Source: Tetramitus jugosus
Taxonomy: Eukaryota > Protista > Heterolobosea
Length of the DNA stretch: 64,000 nucleotides
Reading direction: 5' to 3'
Assembly: GCA_937625935.1 (NCBI GenBank)
Contig: OW569368.1
Coordinates: 310,001-374,000 of the forward strand
Both the position numbers and the translations under genes were made by a program. Each line of letters starts with the position of its first letter. The stretch's first letter is position 1. Below are positions 56,403-64,000 of the stretch, in pieces. The notes under the pieces were generated by a model. It made no database searches. It was not told the DNA's origin and saw only the letters and a program-made list of their open reading frames with translations.

Positions 56403-56763
56403 CACATCATCACATTCCATTTTATCTCAAATAGTCCAAGGTTTCTCTTGGCTCGGTACGTCACGTGCCGTTGTACATGCTTCATGCTTGTGTCACCAAG
56501 AGGTCAGGAGTTTAGACCAAAGGAATATTTGGTTCGAAATTGTCCGTAGTGCAAGGAAAATATTTCGAGCGCTGCCCTTCCACTAAGCTCCGGCAAGGTC
56601 CTTTTACAGGTTAGACATTTTCTGTCCTCCAACTTCTCTCGTCTCCCCAAGCCAAGTCGCACTTCAGTCCAACAACCACTATTCACACCGATTCACACTT
56701 CCTCTCAAGCAAGAAAAAAAAACAAACACCCAACCAATACAAAAAAACAAGAATTGATAGAGC

Positions 56764-59091
56764 ATGTCCTCTGAATCAGAATCACCACCATCGCCTTTGC
56801 CTTCACAAGAAGTAGAAGAGCAACTACCACAAGAACAACAACCACAATTACCTCAAGCACCACAAGAGGAACAAGAAGAACAATTAGCACAAGAATCACA
56901 AGAAGCAGAAGAAGAAGCACAACCATCATCATCACCACCACCAACAACAACCACCACCAATACTACTCCCACTGCTTCCATCTCTACTCCATCCACTCCC
57001 AAACCACCACTCTTTGCCACCTCTACCTTTATCCCATGTGATAACTCAAAGCAAAGTGTTCACATTGAGAATGGTGTATTCCGTAATGCACGATACCCTG
57101 ATTCGTTGGTCCATCTCATTGATGCCAATGCACCCACGACTTTTGCCGCTTTCAAGGCTTCTTGTGAAAAGTATCGTGATAGACCATGCTTGGGTCGTCG
57201 ATCCATGATTGCTCAACCACAATCACCATCATCACAATCAGCCAATGCATCATCATCATCATCAGCTACTACTGCACCTACTGCACCTACTACTACTACA
57301 GCTACTACTACTACTGCACCAACAACAACAACAAAAATGGTGGCTGGTCCCTATGAATGGCTCACATTCCAACAAGTGTTTGACCGTGCCAATCACTTTG
57401 TCTGTGGAATGGTCAAACTGGGTATTTCATCAAAACAGCACATTGGTGTATGGAGCAAGAATCGTATCGAGTGGCAAGTCGTAGGTGAAGGATGTGCCAT
57501 GCAAAACATGGTAACCATTTCTCTGTATGATACATTGGGACCTGAATCATCCGAGTTCATCATCAATCACGGAGATATTGTCTCCGTGTGTTGTGCAGGT
57601 GATACACTGCCCAAATTGTTGGACATTATGGACAAGTGTCCACGTGTCAAATTCATTGTTTGTTTCGATGCAGATGCAGTCACTGAACAAGTCAAGCAAA
57701 AGTGTAGCGTACCCATCTATTCTATTGATCACGTAGAGCAGTTGGGCAGAGAAAATTTGTTGCCTCATGCTCCTCCAGTGAGCACAGACTTGTTTACCAT
57801 CATGTACACGAGTGGAACAACTGGTCAACCAAAGGGTGTCATGATTACTCATGCAAACATCATGTCCATGATTGCTGGAGCGCAGGTGCATCTCGTAGGC
57901 AAGATTTTGGAGGCTCCGGGTGATCATGCCGTTCTGGGTTTCCTACCGTTGGCTCACATTTTTGGTCGATTGGTCGAAGCACTCTGTATGCACAATGGTG
58001 TCAAGGTGGGTTACTGGCAGGGTGATGCCAGATTGTTGGTCGAAGATATCAAGGAGTTGAAACCAACGATTATGGCCACTGTTCCACGTGTGTTGGACCG
58101 TGTGTACGATAAGGTGAAGGCTGGTGTCGAAGGAGCCAGTTGGTTCAACAGAGCCGTGTTCAATCGTGCCTACAAGTACAAGAAGGCGGCATTGGAGAAG
58201 AAGACATCGACTCCATGGTGCGATTGGATGGTGTTCAACAAGATTAAGCAAAATTTGGGAGGCAGTATGCAGTTGATTATTAGCTCTGGAGCTCCATTGA
58301 GAGCAGAAGTGCAAGAATATTTGAACATTTGTTTTTCTGTGCCAGTGGTCCAAGCGTATGGATTGACTGAGATTTCAGGTGCTGGATTTATTCAGATGCA
58401 CGATGATTTTAGCTTTGGACACGTCGGTAGTGTCTGTCCTTGTAATGAAGTGAGACTAGAGTCCGTTCCTGAGATGAATTATTTCGTGACTGATGATCCA
58501 CCAAGTGGTGAAGTCTGCTACAGAGGAGAATCCGTTACGATCGGATACTTTAAGGACGAAGAGAAGACTAAGGAGGTGTTTGATGAGGAAGGATGGTTCC
58601 ACACTGGAGATATTGCAAAGATGATGCCAAATGGAACTTTGGTCATTGTGGATAGAAAGAAGAACATTTTCAAGCTATCACAGGGCGAGTATGTTGCCGT
58701 GGAGAATATTGAGAACAAGTTGGGTGAAAGCAAGTTGTTGTCTAGATTGTGGCTCTATGGAGACTCTTTCCAAAGCTCTCTGGTGGCAGTCGGTGTTGTC
58801 AATGCACCTGTCCTTGTTCAACACGCCAAGCAAAACGGTATTACAGATGCATCCGAGGACAAGATTAAGGAACTGATCCAAAGACCAGACATTAACAAAC
58901 TCGTTCTTAAAGATTTGGAAAAGTTGGGTAAGTCACACAAGCTTCAAGGATTCGAGTTCGTCAGGGCGATCCACTTGGTTGACTATGACTTTGACACAAT
59001 TGACTGTGTCACCCCAACCCTCAAGCTGCAAAGAGTCGCGCTCAAGAAGCACTTCCAAGAACAAATTGATCAAATGTACAGTCGTTTGTAA
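56764..59091 (+). CDS. ACSL: Long-chain acyl-CoA synthetase
   Basis: IMYTSGTTGQPKGVMITH, FLPLAHIF, YGLTE, GWFHTGDI, DRKKNIFKLSQGEYVAVE. Confidence 0.96.
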   Translation: MSSESESPPSPLPSQEVEEQLPQEQQPQLPQAPQEEQEEQLAQESQEAEEEAQPSSSPPPTTTTTNTTPTASISTPSTPKPPLFATSTFIPCDNSKQSVHIENGVFRNARYPDSLVHLIDANAPTTFAAFKASCEKYRDRPCLGRRSMIAQPQSPSSQSANASSSSSATTAPTAPTTTTATTTTAPTTTTKMVAGPYEWLTFQQVFDRANHFVCGMVKLGISSKQHIGVWSKNRIEWQVVGEGCAMQNMVTISLYDTLGPESSEFIINHGDIVSVCCAGDTLPKLLDIMDKCPRVKFIVCFDADAVTEQVKQKCSVPIYSIDHVEQLGRENLLPHAPPVSTDLFTIMYTSGTTGQPKGVMITHANIMSMIAGAQVHLVGKILEAPGDHAVLGFLPLAHIFGRLVEALCMHNGVKVGYWQGDARLLVEDIKELKPTIMATVPRVLDRVYDKVKAGVEGASWFNRAVFNRAYKYKKAALEKKTSTPWCDWMVFNKIKQNLGGSMQLIISSGAPLRAEVQEYLNICFSVPVVQAYGLTEISGAGFIQMHDDFSFGHVGSVCPCNEVRLESVPEMNYFVTDDPPSGEVCYRGESVTIGYFKDEEKTKEVFDEEGWFHTGDIAKMMPNGTLVIVDRKKNIFKLSQGEYVAVENIENKLGESKLLSRLWLYGDSFQSSLVAVGVVNAPVLVQHAKQNGITDASEDKIKELIQRPDINKLVLKDLEKLGKSHKLQGFEFVRAIHLVDYDFDTIDCVTPTLKLQRVALKKHFQEQIDQMYSRL

Positions 59092-59134
59092 ACCTAACAA
59101 ACATACCATAAATAAAATACAAAATATCTTTCCT

Positions 59135-62100
59135 TCAATCTGTCTTTACTTGAATGTTTCTGATCAAATCATTCAACAACTCTCCTTGTTGTAGCTTGAG
59201 ACTAATAGATAGGGATTCGGGTGTAGTGGAAGAGAAGATGTCAACTTTGGAAGCAAAGTGACTGATCTCTTGTAGGGCATTGGATCTCATGATAGGGTGA
59301 AGATCAGGAAACTCTTCCATTGGTAGTTCGTTTGTGAAAATATCTACAATAGGATAGTTCTCCAAGATCAATGCTATCTGCTCCCAATGAGCAAACATAT
59401 CATTATCCAATTCTGCATGATTAACTGCTGTCATTCTAATTATGTGAGAATATAGAGGAAAATTAATCTTATGGAGCAGATGCTCTATCATACTCAAGTT
59501 AACCATAATCGAATTGGGTGCATGTAATTGCTCAAACAGGTGATTGTAAACTAGAAATAGCAATTTTTCGATTACAGTTTCGATCAACTTCTCATTCACA
59601 TCATTGTCACTCACTGATTGATTGCGGAGTTGGTTCACTATCATTGTATTATCACGAATAAAGTTGCATACACTTATGCACAATTCCATCAATTGTGAGG
59701 ATATTTGCTTGTTGATGTGATTCAACATAATCGGTGCGGAAGGTGTACTTATTTCGATACTATCCTGTTGAACATTGTCATCAGTACTCGGAATGTTCAG
59801 AGGTTTATAGAGGTCGCACGATCTGAAATGGACAAGTACAGTATCATTGATTAATTGAGCTGATGAAGTTATGATATCGATCAATTTAGCTTCACATTGC
59901 TTCATAGCCTCCATAACAATGCTGACGGCAACCTGGGACAATAGGTTGGCATCTGCCTGGGTCTGATTCAATTCCGATGATATTTCCTGCTTTACTATGT
60001 CCGTGGTCGATTGGAGGAAAGGATCACTACTAATCATGTCGAATTCACTTTTCAGTAGATATGAAGTCCACTGAGAAGCACTGTTCTCAGAAGAATGTAT
60101 GACATAGAGCAAAATATAGAGTAGAGAGTCTGTCAGAGTAGCTCTAATTTGATGCCGCTTAACAAACTGAGCATCATTGGATGGTATGATGATATTTTGA
60201 CAGACATCTTCCAATGACTGAATTATTTCGTCATAGTCAATATCTTCGTCTATATCCTCACTGATCTGTTCAGTATTAGTATGATGGGAGTGTGGCAATT
60301 GTCGCTCAATTTTTGTGGTTGTCAACACTTGATTAAATACATGAGTTGCTGCTTCTGATACAAGTTCGTTATAGCTGTTCGCTTGGCTAAAACGTTCAGC
60401 TATTGGAATGTAGTATGGCTCTATCGAGTCAACATCAAGTTGATACACTCTATTGAAGTATCCTTTCGCTTCTTCACGAGAATTACTCAGCTCTTTCGAT
60501 ATGTCTTCATGATGGCTAAGCCGTATTAATTCATCTTGTTCTTTTGTAAGTGTATGTATCTGACTACTAATTTGAGAGTCATCAATTTGTATATCGAGAG
60601 CGATTTGGTCATTTTGTTGAGAGTTGAGAACAATTACATCCAAGGTAGGAGTGGTTTGTAGTTCAACTTGATTCAGATTATCTTCAATTGCTTGTGATAT
60701 CGATGTTTCATTTGAGCCATACTCCCTTAGAAGTTTTCGGCTTGCACTTCGGAAATACTCAAACCGCGATATTTCACATGCTAGATCTAAGATATCCATT
60801 TGGGACGAAGAACACCGATAAGATATCTTGTCTCCAGGATGGTCAGTAATAATAGGACAAGATTGAGAATCTTGTGGTTGCAGCGCAAGTGCCACAATAC
60901 TCATGGCATCCAATATGTATGGCAGAGAGTTCCGAATTTGCTTCAAACTGGCTATATGTTGCAGGATATCTGATATACTGTTGTTAATCTTGGTTGCCAC
61001 CATCTCAGCAAAGCGTGAAATGATAGATTGACACAGTGTTTTATCTATTACGTCATACTTGTAAATCCATTTCGAATATTGAATGATATTTTGGCAATTA
61101 TACAAACAATCTATTGCGCTATCACCTCGAAGGGTATCCTCCAGTGTTCGATTCATTTCACTCTCCAATTCATCTAATCTCAGCATAACACTTTCAGTTA
61201 ATCTTGCTATGTCATAATAACTCGATTGCTCGTTCAGATGACATAGCTGATCAATAACCTCCGTTAATGGTTCACTTTCACAACTACGCATAAGTGTCAA
61301 GTAGTCATTCATTCTCCCACTCAAATTAGTAAATGTTTCGCGAGCATCAACCGATGGAGTATTCTCCAAACATTTTGAAATTTTCAGATGGATACATCTC
61401 CATTCAGTAGTATCTGTGATGAAATGCAAATATGGATGTTCTCGATCCCACTGTTTTTCAACTTCACTCGAAGGATTAAAGAAGGAATAAGTACCGATAT
61501 TTTCTAATTCTGAACGTTTGATATGTCGTAAGAAAACATCTGAAGCTTTCTCCATAGATAATGCACAAACATGAATTAGGTCCCATTCCTGATACAAATC
61601 ACGCAATATTTGCTCACTTCTTATTAATCGAATGCTCAAGTAGCCGAATAGTTGACCAGAAACACTTTTTGCGTGCATAAGAGAAAGCAACACCATGTGA
61701 ATATCACAACAGAGCTCAATCAGGCATCTCATAGATTCGATATTGTCCTTCATAACGTTTTGTTGTGGAGCTTTCAAATAAATATCAGGTGGTACTGCGT
61801 TGAATGTACTAAAACTGGAGGATACTCCCCTCGCTTCGTATTCGCGGGTCAGATCATAACCACAAGACTTGGCACTCTAGTCATAGCACGGTAATTGAGT
61901 TAAACTATCTCATGAGAACATGGAGAGACAGGTCACATACTTTTGAAAGCTGAAGCTGAATCAGTTTCGATATCATACTGGAGTTTAAATCAGTTTCATT
62001 CATGATTGAAAAAGTGACATTCTCCAACTGGATATCATAGTAATATCGAAGAGACTTATCCCGCAAATCAGTCCATAGTCTCTGCTCTACACATTGATCT

Positions 62101-63260
62101 TCAATATTTGTCAAGTGTTCCTTAGAAGAATGAACAAATTCTGTCCATTGTTTGCGTAATGATATCCAGTCATCACTGCTTTTATCACTCAAGCCAGCTT
62201 CACTCACCTTATCCGCGAACCAATCAGACAAGTACTTGGGTTCGATTGATGAGATATCATGCATCTTTTCGTCACTCAATGTATCTGAACCATACAAACT
62301 TGTTTCTTCTAGAGTCGAGCTTCCTATTTGCTCGTTTTCTTCGGCAGATAAATGAAGTTGGATGTCGTAGTTGTAAGTTTCAAGCTCAACTCTCTCTTTG
62401 ACCTCGTCAAAATAATTGATTGAGACACCGAGTGGTGGGAACAACATTTCTCTCAATGAATCATCCAAGTCACTCCACTGCATTCGCAATTGATCCTCAG
62501 TAAACATCAAATCATCCTTGGCCAATCGCTCCATGGCTCTACTTAAATAATCATACCTTAATTTCATTTCCTCCTCTTCTGCTTGTGGGTGATCAGAAGT
62601 CTTTTCATTACTTTCATTCACCAACGACAAGAAATCATCCAACTCTTTGACCTTCACATAGCCATCGTTACTCCTAATAGAGCTACTAGAATGTAACTTC
62701 CTAGTGTGACTTGGCTTTTGTCTCTTCTCTTTTGCCAAGCTCTTCTTTTGAATTGATTGCCTGGCCTTGTTGTTCTCGTCGCTCTCCGTTTCTTGATGAT
62801 CGGATAATGATAACAATTGTCTCATGTACTCTAACTCTAACGCTTGAATCTCCTCTGCTTGTTCTCTCAAGTACACCATATTGTATTCATCCACTTCTCT
62901 TTTTAACGAATTTCCATGGCCATTACACTCCGAACAGACTTCAATCAAGGAGTGAACCACTTGGAAACGCAAGATGACTGGATCACAGGGAACCATGGAG
63001 TAACACTTGAGCAAGGACAACAACTTAAACCTCCATTCCTCATGAATACTCTCCATGGAGTGAATCATTGCATTTGACTCCTGAGCTAACAGAGAATCAA
63101 GTGCATAAAGAAGGTGAGAACCATTGGCTCGATCAATGACACACGGATCAAACAAATCATCATTTTGACCATGAGCTATGATTTCATCTTTTTGAGCTTT
63201 TGTTGTCATCTGTTGTTGCTCCGTTTGTTGATCTCGTTGTTGCCCTTTGGTTCGCATCAT
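59135..63260 (-). CDS. Large acidic alpha-helical hypothetical protein; exons 63260-61941, 61876-59135 (~1353 aa)
   Basis: Intron 61877-61940 (GTATGT...CTAG) joins the 451-aa and 880-aa ORFs in frame; no recognised domain. Confidence 0.7.
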
Positions 63261-63626
63261 TTTTTTTCACATGACTTTTTGTTTGAATTGAAGACATGAC
63301 TCTAATGGATGTTGATGAACTTCCAAACTATCAGTCTCGTTGTTATTGACAGACGGCTTACCAAATTGAAATTTAACTACCCATGACAGGTCAAATGGCA
63401 CAAAAAAACTTGTCATGGTTGGCGACTCCTAGCATGAGTGGCCAAAAAAAGTGAAGGAGAGATGTCATTTGACGTGGAGCGTCGTTTTTGAGATGAGGCT
63501 TTCCGACCCTAGTGAAAATAGACAGACCATTATCTATTACGATCAAATGATGACTGCACATTTTTGCTTTGGAATTGCAAAGTTAAATTGCGCATGCTAT
63601 CCTCAAGCTGGACCACCACAAATCCA

Positions 63627-64000
63627 ATGAACAAGTTAAACCCTAGTATAGCTATGCATCTTCGCCTTCTCTTTCAAGTTGTGATGGTGTTTGCAGTGAT
63701 CACTTTCCTATTCCTATTCTTCTATCTCCCTGACTTGTCGCTTCGAAAGGCCAGCGTTGTCAAGGAGCAAGTAGGAATTTCAACCACTCCAGCTCCAGCA
63801 CAAGAGTTGAAAGAACAAGCACTTCCAATTCCAATTCCTCTTGCAGATGATCCAACAATCATATTCACGAAGGAATGTTCAAAGGGTGTTGTTATCTGGT
63901 CTGATGGTTCAGAGCACAATGCAGTGCTCTCAATCGACCATCGCTTAAACTACGATATGAATCATCCATTCCCTAGCTATTGTGTTTGCCCTCAAGGATA
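63627..64000 (+). CDS. 5' part of a type II membrane protein, truncated by the window end
   Basis: Open frame MNKLNPSIAMHLRLLFQVVMVFAVITFLFLFFYLPD...CVCPQG runs to the end; not in the ORF track. Confidence 0.65.
   Translation, partial: MNKLNPSIAMHLRLLFQVVMVFAVITFLFLFFYLPDLSLRKASVVKEQVGISTTPAPAQELKEQALPIPIPLADDPTIIFTKECSKGVVIWSDGSEHNAVLSIDHRLNYDMNHPFPSYCVCPQG

Noticed and set aside
56531-56540. GGTTCGAAAT B-box-like sequence
   Set aside because: No T stem or cloverleaf surrounds it.
180-58881. Many antisense and alternate-frame ORFs (e.g. 180-833, 16998-17816, 19658-20089, 45310-45990)
   Set aside because: They are shadows of well-supported genes, produced by codon bias and triplet repeats, and carry no independent motifs.
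63547-63620. ATGATGA box C candidate
   Set aside because: No matching box D at a plausible distance.
1-64000. CRISPR array, transposon, prophage or alternative genetic code
   Set aside because: No spaced direct repeats and no transposase/RT/integrase motifs were seen; all three stop codons end conserved genes and none is needed in frame.

Overview
Gene-dense eukaryotic nuclear DNA: standard genetic code, short GT-AG spliceosomal introns of about 50-180 nt, and intergenic gaps often under 150 bp. The organism is a flagellated protist (CFAP47 and JHY homologues). A heterolobosean/Discoba origin is only my inference. I reconstructed about 33 protein genes by hand, several by joining ORF-track fragments across introns: AP-2 alpha (3' part), a GT77-like glycosyltransferase, a PH-domain + MATE-like membrane protein, CFAP47, UTP23, 5'-nucleotidase, a TM-less SNARE, a PPR protein, SSRP1, a PAQR/hemolysin-III protein, DCAF15-like, PARP1-like, POLD2, an RCC1-repeat protein, an M1 aminopeptidase, a 4E-BP split by an intron (only exon 2 is in the ORF track), an SLC43-like MFS transporter, eIF3b, a DUF4097 adhesin-like protein, F-box/SPRY, two tandem group XII-like PLA2s, CRAL-TRIO, JHY, IQ-RhoGEF, LACS and several hypotheticals. 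There is one intact tRNA-Ala(UGC). The most unusual signals are: (1) a well-formed, isolated 3' half of tRNA-His(GUG) with a T-tract but no 5' half (candidate split tRNA, or a fragment); (2) the PH-MATE-like fusion; (3) a PARP1-like protein whose first zinc finger has lost most ligands and whose regulatory domain carries a large insert; (4) an M1 peptidase with shortened zinc-ligand spacing. No prokaryotic features, CRISPR arrays or recognisable transposons were seen. All family calls come from motif recognition, not database searches.
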